Assembly: GCA_964016885.1 (NCBI GenBank)
Contig: OZ024763.1
Location: forward strand, 24,304,001-24,368,000
Length of the DNA stretch: 64,000 nt
From: Eledone cirrhosa
Taxonomy: Eukaryota
Direction of reading: 5' to 3'
A program made the translations under genes and the position numbers. Shown piece by piece: positions 41,530 to 55,422 of the stretch (its first letter is position 1; each line of letters begins with the position of its first letter). The notes beneath the pieces are model-generated. The model saw only the letters and a program-made list of their open reading frames with translations, made no database searches and was not told the origin of the DNA.

Positions 41530-43740
41530 TAGGGCTTGGGCCACTATCATAGAAACTCCCAAGAAACTCCTATGAGATATATGTTTCTATGAGGTCAACT
41601 AAGCCTACTTAGTTGTGGGTTGTAACATGTTAAGAATGGATACTCCCTATCATTAAAGCACCTCATAATAGGAAGCCAGCTAAACCTACATATATTTGAG
41701 CTGTAACAACATGGTAGGACTGCCCTCTCCCCCTATCATTAAACACCTCATAATAGGAAGCCAGCTAAACCTACATATATTTGAGCTGTAACAACATGGT
41801 AGGACTGCCCTCTCCCCCTATCATTAAACACCTCATAATAGGAGGTCAGCTAAACCTACATATATTTGAGCTGTAACAACATGGTAGGACTGCCCTCTCC
41901 CCCTATCATTAAACACCTCATAATAGGAAGCCAGCTAAACCTACATATATTTGAGCTGTAACAACATGGTAGGACTGCCCTCACCCCTATCATTAAACAC
42001 CTCATAATAGGAAGCCAGCTAAACCTACATATATTTGAGCTGTAACAACATGGTAGGACTGCCCTCACCCCTATCATTAAACACCTCATAATAGGAAGCC
42101 AGCTAAACCTACATATATTTGAGCTGTAACAACATGGTAGGACTGCCCTCTCCCCCTATCATTAAACACCTCATAATAGGAAGCCAGCTAAACCTACATA
42201 TATTTGAGCTGTAACAACATGGTAGGACTGCCCTCACCCCTATTATTAAAATAACTAAGAAAGCTCCTATGAGATACAAATTTGTGGGAGGCCAGCTAAA
42301 CCTACATAGGCATGAGCTGTAAGAACATGGTAGGACTGGGGGCTCTATTCTTAAAACACCTAAGAACCCTATTTGATACAACATTGTACGAGACCAGCAA
42401 AACCTACCTGTGTGTGAGCTGTATCAACAACAATATAAAATTGGCCCTGCTATCATTAAAACACCTGAGAAACTACCAATGAGATTCAACCTTGAAGAAG
42501 GCCAGCTAAACCTACATAGGTACCTCCTATGACTGGGTACCTCCTATCATTAAATAACCTAAGAAAGCTCCTATGATATACAACTTGGGAGGGGGTCATC
42601 TAAACCTACATAGGTGTGAGCTTTAATAAGGTAGGACTGGCGCATCCATCATCAAAACACTGATAAACCTCCTATGAGATACTCTCTTGTGCAAGTCCAG
42701 CTAAACTTACATTGGTGTGAGATTCAACCACAACCTCATAAGTCTGGGGTCGTTATTTTTAAAACACCAGGGCCTATGGACAACTTCCAGAAATCTCTGG
42801 CCTGGCAGTGCTACCGAGGAGCCTTGCCAGTTCGGGATAAACTCTACAGGCATGGAGGTGCCGTCAGCCGGGCATGTCCGAGATGCGCGCAGGGCGATGA
42901 AACCGTCCTGCACGCACTCATCCAGTGTCCAAAAATTGCTGACTTGTGGGTTTATGTCGAACACCTGCTGTCGCGTGTAGGACGGATCCGGCTATCATCT
43001 GAGTCCATCATGAGGATTGCCCCGCCCTCCTCCTTTAGCCGGGAAGGGCAGGCAGTTTTTATCTGTCTGGTGGCCATGGCGAAAGAGATAGTATGGTGGA
43101 CACGTTGAAAGGGCTGGAGACGAGCACTTACCTCTTCGGTGATGCCTGATTGACTTTTTCAAATTTCATTTGAAAAGGAAAATCAGAGTAGAGAGGGAAG
43201 TGCTCTCTTCCCAGCATTTTGTTGAAAGATGGGTGAGAGAAGCAAGAATGGCCCGAGTGAATGAGCCTACTCTGAGTATATATCTGTAAATTAAAGGTGG
43301 AAAACTGGGAGAGGGCACTTGCCTTGGTGGTCAGGGTCACTGTGGCCTTTTACTGGGCTTTCTCCACAAATGTCCCTCCGAAGTCTCCCCCCTATTGGGG
43401 AATTTTTCATTGTTATTTTTTTGTTACATCCTCTGTTTTTGTTTTTTACACGCAGAAATGCCCACTTGTACCGTACTGTATTGTCCTGCACTGTCCTTAA
43501 TGTCTACTTTATGTAAACCCTTGTGGTTAATAAAGAAATCATTATTAAAACACACAAGAGACTTCTTATGGAATATAGCCTTGTATGAGGCTAGCTACAC
43601 CTACATAGGTGTGAGCTGTACATGATAGGACTGGGCTTTCTATCATTAAAACATCTTATAAACCTCCTGTGAGATAGAATCACATACAAGTCCAGCTAAA
43701 CTTGCATAAGACACCAACTAGATATGCTATGAGATACTAA
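41530..43740. repeat. Satellite: about 7 homogeneous 84-85 bp units (41645-42245) inside older ~100 bp diverged units
   Basis: ccagctaaacctacata...gagctgtaacaacatggtaggactg recurs on both sides of the LINE insert. Confidence 0.9.
42770..43540 (+). mobile_element. L1/Tx1-clade LINE 3' end (zf-RVT region and 3' UTR)
   Basis: SLAWQCYRGALPVRDKL...CPRC...ETVLHALIQCP CCHC motif, T-rich UTR ending taataaag. Confidence 0.85.
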
Positions 43741-43902
43741 GTAGGTGTGATAGTATGACAATTTAGATTACTCATGGCAACATTATACAATATGCCTATT
43801 ATATATAAATATATATTGGATAAAGAATCAGGTAAACATACTGTTTTTATGTTCCTGTTATGTTGCATATTCACATTTGAATATATATATATATAGATAG
43901 AG

Positions 43903-44115
43903 TGAAGGCGTGTGGCTGAGTGGTTAGAGAATTGGATTCGTAAGGTTGTGAGTTCGCTTCCTGGACCAGGCGATGCGTTATGTCCTTGAGCAAGACACTT
44001 TATTTCACGTTGCTCCTTCTACCTGGAGTTGCGACCGATAGATAGTATTAGCAATTGGAAAGACCAACGGAAACATTGTTCCCTCGGTCTGATTTGACGA
44101 AAGTCGATCGTTCCT
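43903..44115 (+). mobile_element. SINE family S1
   Basis: Homologous to 2688-2905. Confidence 0.88.
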
Positions 44116-44234
44116 TTATATATATATAGATATGTCATCATCATCAGCATCATTTTACGTCTGCTTTTCCCTGCTTGCAAGGGTGTGTGTATATAAATAT
44201 ATATATATGGTATATATATATATCATATCATCAT

Positions 44235-44540
44235 CATCATCATCATCATCGTTTAACGTCCATTTTCCACGCTAGCATGGGTCTGGATGGGAATTGTCCC
44301 ACTTGAGGCAAGATTGGTTGTCTTCGGGTTTTCTACGGCTGGATGCCCTTCCTAACACCAACCACGTTTACAGTGTGGAACTGGGAGGTTTCTATCGTGT
44401 TACCTACACAGTCACATTACAGCGTGGACTGTGTGTTTTTTTTGTCATGACACCTACACGACCTCATTTATTTAGGACTGGATGTTGTGGTACCAACATA
44501 GCTTTACATCGAAAGGCGGTGGTGTGGACAGGGCGCAGGG
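44235..44540 (-). mobile_element. RTE 3' UTR fragment
   Basis: Reverse match to 47600-47910. Others at 38105-38300 and 50545-51045. Confidence 0.8.
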
Positions 44541-45074
44541 AGGGGTGAGGGGGATGGGGCTATGTTAGCCGTCCGCGACCTAAATAAAGAGGATATATAT
44601 ATATATATCTGAAAAAAAGGAAAAGAATGACTTCACTTCTAAACAATTTGATTTAATTTTATAATATTACGATTTGGTTAATGAATGTGGGAGTGAAGGA
44701 GTTTTGATGAATATTTAAAGGAATTAAAGCATACATATATACACACATACATATATATACATATACACATATATGCTTATATACATATATAAGAAGATAT
44801 TGAATGGTAACAGCAAGATAATGGATTGGGAGTGATGTTGGGGTTGTTTAAAGATATGTATGTATATATGTATATATATGTATGTATATATGTATGTATA
44901 TATATATATATGTATGTATATATATATGTATGTATATATATATGTATAAATATGTTATGTATATATATATGTATAAATATGTTATGTATATATATGTATA
45001 TATATATGTGTATATATATATGTGTATATATATATGTAGTTGAAAATTGCTAACTCGACTGTCACCACATATCA

Positions 45075-45113
45075 TGAACCTGAAGATTGCGAAAGCATGA
45101 AAGTACTTGTTCA
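45075..45113 (+). ncRNA. Minimal type I hammerhead ribozyme, family C
   Basis: tgaac-CTGAAGA-ttgcgaaagcat-GAAA-gtac-TT-gttca, with palindromic AGTACT stem III. Confidence 0.75.
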
Positions 45114-45336
45114 ATTAACACTTAACATTCTCCCATACTATCTCATTATAATACCATTATATATATTTTAAAGGATTGTAAATAAAACGAGTAAATCAGA
45201 CAAAGTTGGAATTCCTCTTATTAATATATATGTATATATATATATGTATATATATGTGTGTATATATATATGTATATATATATATATATGTATATATATG
45301 TATGTATATATGTATATATGTATGTATATATGTATG

Positions 45337-45640
45337 ACCGTTGGTCTTTCCAATTGCTAATACTATCTATCGGTCGCAACTCCAGGTAGAAGGAGCAACG
45401 TGAAATAAAGTGTCTTGCTCAAGGACATAACGCATCGCCTGGTCCAGGAATCAAACTCGCAATCGTAAGGTTGTGAGTTTGATTCCTAGACCAGGTGATG
45501 CGTTATGTCCTTGAGCAAGACACTTTATTTCACGTTGCTCCTTCTACCTGGAGTTGCGACCGATAGATAGTATTAGCAATTGGAAAGACCAACGGAAACA
45601 TTGTTCCCTCGGTCCGATTTGACGAAAGTCGATCGTTTCA
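45337..45640. mobile_element. SINE S1 with head-to-head inverted duplication
   Basis: 45337-45458 is the near reverse complement of 45474-45595. Confidence 0.85.
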
Positions 45641-45893
45641 AAAATATATACATATATATATGTATGTATATGTATATATGTATGTATATATATATATCTA
45701 TATATATGTAATATGTATATATGTATGTATGTATATGTATATATGTATGTATATATATATCTATATATATGTATGTATATATATATATGTATGTATATAT
45801 ATATCTATTTATATGTATGTATATATATATATGTATGTATATATATATTTATTTATATGTATGTATATATATATATGTATGTATATATATATC

Positions 45894-46765
45894 CAACATG
45901 TTACTGAACGAAGACAAATTCGAACTGATCCACTTTGAAAAAGAGGATGCTCTGAAACTCCCGTACTCCCTTCCCTCCGGGGAAACTCTCGTGGCATCTA
46001 ACAACATCAGAGACTTGGGAGTAACCGTGGACAGCAACATAAGCTGGACCACGCATATAAGCAGCAAAGTTGACATGGCCCGCAGAATGTGTTCCTGGAT
46101 CCTCAGAACCTTCCAGTCGAGAGATTCCCGCACCATTATCCTTCTCTTCTCTACTTTCGCCCGACCACACCTTGAATACTGTTGTCCACTGTGGTCTCCC
46201 CACACGAAACAAAGTATCATGAAACTTGAAGCTCCTCAAAGGGCAATCACGAAAAAGATAGATGGCATGTCAGACCTTGACTACTGGGGTCGATTAGAAA
46301 ACCTGAAACTTTACTCACTCCAACGTCGCCGTGAGCGTTATATTATCTGCATGATGTGGAAAATGTTCCATCATCACTGCCCAAATGATGTTGGCATCGC
46401 CTTCAAGATACACCCAAGGCTTGGGCCCCGTGCTATCCGTCCCATTCAAAAATCTAAATCGCAACTCATAACAACAATACGGCACAATTATTTCACCTCA
46501 ATCGGCCCTGCTCTCTTCAACATCACACCAGGACACGTCAAAACAGAAACTGACCACACAAAATTCAAGAAGTCTTTGGACAAATTCCTCCAAGTAATCC
46601 CGGACAAACCACCCACACCCGGATATGTCTCCGCAAACAGTAATTCTCTTCTCGAATGGGCCATGGTGCCCAAATCCTGAATTGAAAGACTTCGCCAGGT
46701 GGTGCTATTAAGTTAGACATGGCCTGGGCCAATACTGGCCAAAACATTTCAAAGTTATTCAAAGT

Positions 46766-46766
<1 letters not shown>
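45894..46766 (+). mobile_element. CR1-group LINE 3' fragment (RT C-terminus and 3' UTR)
   Basis: RDLGVTVD..SWTTHI, RPHLEYCCPLWSP, LEAPQR, LKLYSLQRRR. Stop at 46680, tail ttcaaagtta x2, inside a (TATG)n tract. Confidence 0.9.
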
Positions 46767-46796
<30 letters not shown>

Positions 46797-46804
46797 CTAT
46801 CTAT

Positions 46805-46843
<39 letters not shown>

Positions 46844-47145
46844 TCTATATATATGTATGTATATATATATATGTATGTATATATCTATCTATATATATGT
46901 ATGTATATATATATGTATGTATATATATATATCTATTTGTATGTATATATATATATGTATGTATATATATATCTATATATATGTATGTATATATATATAT
47001 GTATGTATATATATATATCTATAAATATGTATATATATATATATATGTATATATAAATATATGTATGTATATATATATGTATGTATATATATGTATATAT
47101 GTATATATATGTATATATATTTATGTATATATATGTATATATATA

Positions 47146-47204
<59 letters not shown>

Positions 47205-47206
<2 letters not shown>

Positions 47207-47910
47207 TAATATACGTGAACGACAAAGCATAAACGAACTAAGGAACAAATTGGAGATAAGAGGGATCAGATGTTGTTTACTCGAGAGAAGGCTACGTTGG
47301 TATGGACACGTGATGCGCATGAAAGTCGATAGCTGTATAACAAAGTGCAGGACAATAAAGATAGACGGTAGTCACGGAATAGGCAGACCTAGAAAAACCT
47401 GGGACGAGCTGATAAACTCCGACATCACACACTTACACCTCTCCAAGACAATGTCACTGGACCGAGACCTTTGGCGGTACTCAGTAACAGAGAAGACCCG
47501 CCTTACCTAAATATATAGTAAAACCTACTCCAGCCAGTAGGCATCTCTAACAAAATACACCCCGTCCCACCACCACCACCCCCACCCCATCCACACCACC
47601 CCGTCCTATGTAAAGTTAAGTTGGTGCCGCGCCATCGAGGCCGAAACAAATGAGATCGTGTAGGTGTCACGACAAAAAAACACACAGTCCACGCTGTAAT
47701 GTGGCCGTGTAGGCAACACGGTAAAAACCTCCCAGACCCACACTGTAAATGTGGTTGGTGTTAGGAAGGGCATCCAACTGTAGAAAACCTGCCAGACAGT
47801 CCTATGCGAGGAAGACAATCACTCTTGCCTCAAGTGGGACTACCCCCGTCCAAACCCATGCAAGCGTGGAACACGGACGTTAAACGTTGATGATGATGAT
47901 GATGATGATA
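47205..47910 (+). mobile_element. RTE LINE 3' end with complete ~400 nt 3' UTR and (GAT)n tail
   Basis: Same family as the 32330 ORF, ends ggacgttaaacgttgatgatg. Confidence 0.9.
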
Positions 47911-48059
47911 TAATTGTTTCTACAATAGGCACAAGGCCAGCAATTACCCCAGTGTATTACTGGTACTTTATTTTATCGACCCCCGTTAGGATGAAAGGCA
48001 AAGTCAACCTCGACGGGATTTGAACTCAGAATGGCATATATATATAATGATGATGATAC

Positions 48060-48125
<66 letters not shown>

Positions 48126-48250
48126 TTATATATATGTATTTATATATAAATCTATGCGTACATATCTACGTATATATAATTGTGTGTGTGTGTATATATA
48201 TATATGTATATGTGTGTATATATATATATCTGTGTATATATATGTATATA

Positions 48251-48302
<52 letters not shown>

Positions 48303-48638
48303 TATATATATAAACATACACACAAAGGTATGTGTGCCAGTATTTATATACTCCTTCACCACCACCACCACCACCATCACCACCATCCCCACCACCATAC
48401 CACCGCCCCCAGCCCCACCAACATTCCATCCCTCAATCCATCAATGGTTACTAATTTTCACAATAGTAACTAATTGTGATGACTGTAAGTAACTCTTAGC
48501 TTTTTTTTTTTTTTTTTTTGTTGAAAATGAGAAAATATGTGTAAAGGAAAAATACACACATATTGAGTGTATAATATCAATATAGCAAACATATTAACAA
48601 CAATAACAACAACAATAATGACCATAACATACATATAT

Positions 48639-48683
<45 letters not shown>

Positions 48684-48684
48684 C

Positions 48685-48741
<57 letters not shown>

Positions 48742-48742
48742 G

Positions 48743-48799
<57 letters not shown>

Positions 48800-48858
48800 G
48801 ATATATATACATATATATATATACATACATATATATATATATACATATATATATATAC

Positions 48859-48899
<41 letters not shown>

Positions 48900-48909
48900 T
48901 ATACATACA

Positions 48910-49077
<168 letters not shown>

Positions 49078-49100
49078 CATATATATATATATATACATAC

Positions 49101-49169
<69 letters not shown>

Positions 49170-49170
49170 C

Positions 49171-49224
<54 letters not shown>

Positions 49225-49270
49225 TTATATAGATATATACATACACACACATATATATATATATATATAC

Positions 49271-49313
<43 letters not shown>

Positions 49314-49352
49314 GATATATACATACACACACATATATATATATATATATAC

Positions 49353-49395
<43 letters not shown>

Positions 49396-49415
49396 GATAT
49401 ATACATACACACACA

Positions 49416-49451
<36 letters not shown>

Positions 49452-49520
49452 CATATATATATAACCGAAATAGCAATTGAAAACTTTACAGTAATACCAC
49501 TGATGACAATACATAGAATG

Positions 49521-49574
<54 letters not shown>

Positions 49575-49654
49575 CAACAGTAGTGACAACATATACAATA
49601 ATAATAATATATATATATAACAGAAATAGCAAAGACAATGTCGACATATATAAT

Positions 49655-50520
49655 GGTTTCTTATATAGGCACAGGGCCAGCAATTTGGAGGGAAGGGGCA
49701 AGTCGATTAAATCGACCCCAGTGCCTGACTGGTACTTTATTTTATCGACCCCTGTAAGGATGAAAGGCAAAGTTAACCTCGGCAGGATTTGAACTCAGAT
49801 CATAAAGGGCCGTGACTCTATGCTGCAAAGCATGGCATTGAACCCTCCACTGATGCTGCCAATCCACCGCCCTGTCGACATATATAATTATAATAATAAT
49901 TGTTTCTACTTTTGGCACAAGGCCTAGCAATCACCCCAGTGTATTACTGGTACTTTATTTTATCGACCGCGTCAGGATGAAAGGCAAAGTTAACCTCGGC
50001 GGGATTTGAACTTAGACCGTAAAGGGCCGTAACTCCATACGTCAAAGCATGGCGTCCAACCTTCCACTGATACTGCCAATCCACTGCCCTGTCAACATAT
50101 ATAATAATAATAATAATGATATCATTTATTGGCTGCAAGGGCCAACATGTAGGGGGACAATACAAAGAGATAATTGTTTCTACTTTAGGCACAAGGCAAG
50201 CAAATGATCGCAGTGTATTACTGGTACTTTATTTTATTGACCTCGTAAAAGATGAAAGGCAAAACTGACCTCGCCTTTCATCCTTAATATATATTCATAC
50301 AACAGCAACAATAGAAATAAACAATACATACTATGATAATTGTTTCTACTTTAGGCACAAGGCCAGCAATTACCCAGAGTACATTACTGGTACTTTATTT
50401 TATCGACCCCGTAAGGATAAAAGGCAAAGTCAACCTCGGCGGGATTTGAACTCAGATCCTAAAGGGACGTAACTATGCTGGAAAGCATGGCGTCCGACCC
50501 TCTACCGATACTGCCAATAT
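49655..50520 (-). mobile_element. Cluster of four co-oriented Nin-domain SINEs
   Basis: Repeated Nin core on the minus strand. Confidence 0.85.
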
Positions 50521-50539
50521 GATAATGTGTCATCATATT

Positions 50540-50572
<33 letters not shown>

Positions 50573-51099
50573 GTTTAACGCCTATCTTCCACACTAACAT
50601 GGGTTTAGACGGGAATTGTCTCACTTGAGACAAGATTGGTCGGGAGACCGTGTCTCACTCGTATAGGACTGTCTGGCAGGTTTTCTACTGCTGGATGCCC
50701 TTCCTAACACCAACCACATTTCCAGTCTGGGCTGGGAGGTTTTTACCGTGTTACCTACACGGTCACAATACAGCGGGGACTGTGTGTTTTTTTGTTGTGA
50801 CACCTACATGATCTCATCTATTTTGGTCTGGATGTTGTGGTACCAACATAACTTTACAGGGAGAGGGTGGTGTTGGTGGGAGTGGGGGGTGGAGTAGGGG
50901 TAGTGGGATGGGGGCTGTATATTTGGTTAAGAGGTGCCTACTGACTGTAGATTTCGCTATGTACATAGGCAAGGCAGGTCTTCTGTATTACTGCGTAGTG
51001 TCAAAGATCTCGGTCCAGTGACATTGTCTTAGGGAGGTGCAAGTGTGTATATGTATAATGTGTGTGTATATATATATATATAATGTGTGTATGTGTATG

Positions 51100-51130
<31 letters not shown>

Positions 51131-51483
51131 GTATATATATATATACATACATGCACACATATATATATAAGTATGTACACGTATATATATATACATACAT
51201 GCACACATATATATATGTACGTATGGATTCACCGAACATTTATTATAATGCTCGGTGTGTTTGTAAACAAACATCCCGTATACATATATGTATGTACGTG
51301 TACATACTTATATTTAAGTAACAGCGTACTAAGAGTGGGAAATCAAATTTCGTTTCATTTTTTTTCCGTTTATCGTTTTCGGTGCACCCGGCCGATTAAC
51401 CCACTCGATATGCAAATTGGGCTACTCAGCCGTTAATATGCATAAGGTAAGTATATACGTTCAACAATCTGGCAGGAAGGTAT

Positions 51484-51526
51484 ACGTTGCTGACGATAGC
51501 TAATAAGCTTGAAACTAGTACAGCGT
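51484..51526 (+). ncRNA. Minimal type I hammerhead ribozyme, family H
   Basis: acgttg-CTGACGA-t-agc-taataa-gct-t-GAAA-ctag-TA-cagcgt. Palindromic ACTAGT stem III, GUA triplet. Confidence 0.85.
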
Positions 51527-52323
51527 TCCTTTGTCAGTGTTGAACAAACGAGTAACGATGGTTGCTGGACACTACGGCTTAATACGGGATGTTTGTTTAC
51601 AAACACACCGAGCATTATAATAAATGTTTGGTGAATCCATACGTACATATATATATGTGTGCATGTATGTATATATATATATACATACTACTGTACGTCT
51701 GTATACATATATGTATGTACGTGTACATACTTATATTTAAGTAACAGCCGTACAAAGAGTGGGAAATGAAATTTCGTTTCATTTTTTTTCCGTTTATATA
51801 TATATATATATATATGTATGTAAAAGGTAAACAGAAATAACAACACAATCTGTACAATATATGGAAGGGATCTATTAGGTTAACGCCTGATATAACAGGA
51901 AGAGGGTCTTAACGTTTCAGACGCTAGTCCTTCATCTGAATATATACATCTATATATATATGTATGTAAAAGGTAAACAGAAATAACAACACAATATGTA
52001 CAGTATATGGAAGGGATCTATTAGGTTAACGCCTGATATAGCAGGAAGAGGGTCTTAACGTTTCAGACGCAGCCCTCCATTCGTCACAGTCCTTTGTCAT
52101 CTCCTCCGTTAGCTTCAGCAATCTGAGGTCAGCTCTCACCACCTCCGCCCATGTTTTTCGTGGTCTTCCTCTACTGCGTCTTCCTTCTACTGGGATTTCT
52201 TGGTACTTCTTTACCCATCGATCAACCTCCATACGCATCACATGTCCATACCAACGCAGTCTTCTCTCCCGCACACTACAGCCTATCCCTCTTATACACA
52301 GTTTCTCTCTCAACTCGTCTATG

Positions 52324-52371
<48 letters not shown>

Positions 52372-52402
52372 TAAATGGAAACTATATTTATAAAACCATA
52401 AT

Positions 52403-52469
52403 TATTTTATTATATATATTTCAAGGGCAAACCAAGGCAAATTTTGGTGCGCTTTCATCAGATAAAATA
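52403..52469 (-). ncRNA. Type I hammerhead ribozyme, family A (left arm of palindrome)
   Basis: Near reverse complement of 52586-52651. Confidence 0.75.
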
Positions 52470-52585
52470 CAAAATTTGTTTTATAAATGTTGACATACCC
52501 GCAGAAAAACAACCTTGACGGTTGAAGGTTCTCTGGGCAAGGTTGTTTTTCTGCGGGTATGTCAACATTTATAAAACAAATTTTG

Positions 52586-52651
52586 TATTTTATCTGATGA
52601 AAGCGCACCAAAATTTGCCTTGGTTGCCCTTGAAATATATATAATAAAATA
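52586..52651 (+). ncRNA. Type I hammerhead ribozyme, family A (right arm)
   Basis: tattttat-CTGATGA-aagcgcacca...tggttgccctt-GAAA-tatata-TA-ataaaata. Confidence 0.75.
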
Positions 52652-52959
52652 ATTATGGTTTTATAAATATAGTTTCCATTTATTAATATATTGAATATTT
52701 ACTCCAGTAATCTCTTGAGTGCTTTATATCAGTTATAAAACTTTTAAGTTTGTTGAATCCCAACAAATTAAATATAACTTTTGCATATATATATATATAT
52801 GTAATATGCTAGGTTGTGTGAGAGTGTGTTGAGGTGTGTGTAATATGTATGGAGGGGGGGGGGGTATATATGTGGATGTAACTGTGTGTTTGTTTGTCAT
52901 TTTGGCGCCCCTAGGTTTATCAGCAGTTAAGTGTTTATGATAGAAGAGAACTGAAATGG

Positions 52960-54090
52960 TCCAAAGATGTAATATTGAAGGATCTATATGTAAGATGTGC
53001 AGCTCCTTACCATTATCTCCTAAACTCGCCCTCCCTACAGCAAAGATGTAATATTGAGGTAACTACATGTAAAAGGAGTGACATTCCTTACCATTATCAC
53101 TTAAAATCTCCCTCTACCTCACTATATCAAAGATGTAATGTATAGAGAACTATGTGTGAAGGGCATTCCATTCCTTACCATTATCTCTCGAACTCTCCCT
53201 CCCTATACTAAAGATGTAATATGAAGGGAACAACGTGTAAAGACGTGCCAATCCTTACCATTATCTCCTAAAATCTCCCTCCCTATACTAAAGATGTAAT
53301 ATGAAGGGAACTACGTGTAAAGACGTGCCAATCCTTACCATTATCTCCTAAAATCTCCCTCCCTATACCAAAGATGTAATATGAAGGGAACTACGTGTAA
53401 AGACGTGCCAATCCTTACCATTATCTCCTAAAATCTCCCTCCCTATACTAAAGATGTAATATGAAAGGAACTACGTGTAAAGACGTGCCATTCCTTACCA
53501 TTATCTCTCGAACTCTCCCTCCCTATACTAAAGATGTAATATGAAGGGAACTACGTGTAAAGACGTGCCAATCCTTACCATTATCTCCTAAAATCTCCCT
53601 CCCTATACTAAAGATGTAATATGAAGGGAACTACGTGTAAAGACGTGCCAATCCTTACCATTATCTCCTAAAATCTCCCTCCCTATACCAAAGATGTAAT
53701 ATGAAGGGAACTACGTGTAAAGACGTGCCAATCCTTACCATTATCTCCTAAAATCTCCCTCCCTATACCAAAGATGTAATATGAAGGGAACTACGTGTAA
53801 AGACGTGCCAATCCTTACCATTATCTCCTAAACTCTCCCTCCCTATGCTAAAAATGTAATATGAAGGGGACTACGTGTAAAGACGTGCCAATCCTTACCA
53901 TTATCTCCTAAAATCTCCCTCCCTATACTAAAGATGTAATATGGACGGAACTACGTGTAAAGACGTGCCAATCCTTACCATTCTCGCATAAACTCTCCCT
54001 ATCCCACCTTATACCAAAGATGTAATATGGACGGAACTATGTGTAAAGGGCATGGCAATCCTTACCATTATCTCCTAAACTCTCCCTCCT
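52960..54090. repeat. 80-bp minisatellite, about 14 copies, diverged at both edges
   Basis: Unit ccttaccattatctcctaaaatctccctccctataYYaaagatgtaatatgaagggaactacgtgtaaagacgtgccaat. Confidence 0.95.
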
Positions 54091-54227
54091 CCCTAGATAT
54101 GTTGGACATATTTGTCTGCAATACTTCCTTCTCCAAACAAACATTCAGGTAGAATTTCTGAAAGTTGGCAACAACACACTTTGGCAGCAATGGAGGAAGA
54201 ACGCCTTTTAGCTTTGTGATGTATATG

Positions 54228-54260
<33 letters not shown>

Positions 54261-54487
54261 GTGTGTGTGTGTGTGTGTGTGTGTACGTGTACGTGTGTGA
54301 ACGTGTGTCTGTTATATGTGTGTGCGTGTATGTGTGAGTTTGTATGGATAGTGTTTAAGTATTCATTCATGCGTGTGTGCGTTTGTGTGTGTATATACAT
54401 GTATATATATATATATATTTATCTGTATGCATGTATATGTGTGCGTCTGTATCAGTATTCAAGCCTCTGTGTGCATAGCTGAATGCA

Positions 54488-54519
<32 letters not shown>

Positions 54520-54555
54520 CATGCATTAAGGTATGCACACAGGGTTATATACTAA

Positions 54556-54615
<60 letters not shown>

Positions 54616-55371
54616 ATATATGTGTGTGTGTGTGTATATATATGTGTGTGTGTGTATATATATGTGTGTGTGTATATATATATATGTGTGTGTGTATATA
54701 TATATATGTGTGTGTATATATATGTGTGTGTGTGTGTATATATATGTGTGTGTGTGTGTATATATGTGTGTGTGTGTGTGTATATACATGTCTGTGTATG
54801 TGTGTGTGTGTATATACATGTCTGTGTATATATATAATATATGTGTGTGTGTATATATACATGTCTGTGTATATATATATGTGTGTGTGTATATATGTGT
54901 GTGTGTGTGTGTGTATATATACATGTCTGTGTATATATATAATATATGTGTTTGTGTATATATACGTCTGTGTATATATATATGTGTGTATGTATATACG
55001 TGTCTGTGTATATATATAATATATGTGTAAATATACATGTCTGTGTATATATACATGTCTGTGTATATATATAATATATGTGTGTAAATATATATGTCTG
55101 TGTATATATACATGTCTGTGTATATATATAATATATGTGTGTGTGTATATATACATGCCTGTGTATATATATATGTGTGTGTGTGTGTGTGTATATACGT
55201 GTCTGTATATATATAATATGTGTGTGTGTAAATATACATGTCTGTGTATATATATATATATATATGTGTGTGTATATATATGTGTGTGTGTATATATGTG
55301 TGTGTGTGTGTATATATACATGTCTGTGTATATATATATAATATATTTGTGTGTGTATATATATATACATG

Positions 55372-55422
<51 letters not shown>

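Noticed and set aside
52960-54090. Repeated GTAAGG donor-like sites on the minus strand as a micro-exon array
   Set aside because: Implied introns are about 50 nt and units are homogenised as a simple minisatellite.
54096-54148. 53-nt plus-strand exon candidate (ccctag...cag|gtagaa)
   Set aside because: The pyrimidine tract comes from the adjacent minisatellite and the donor is weak.
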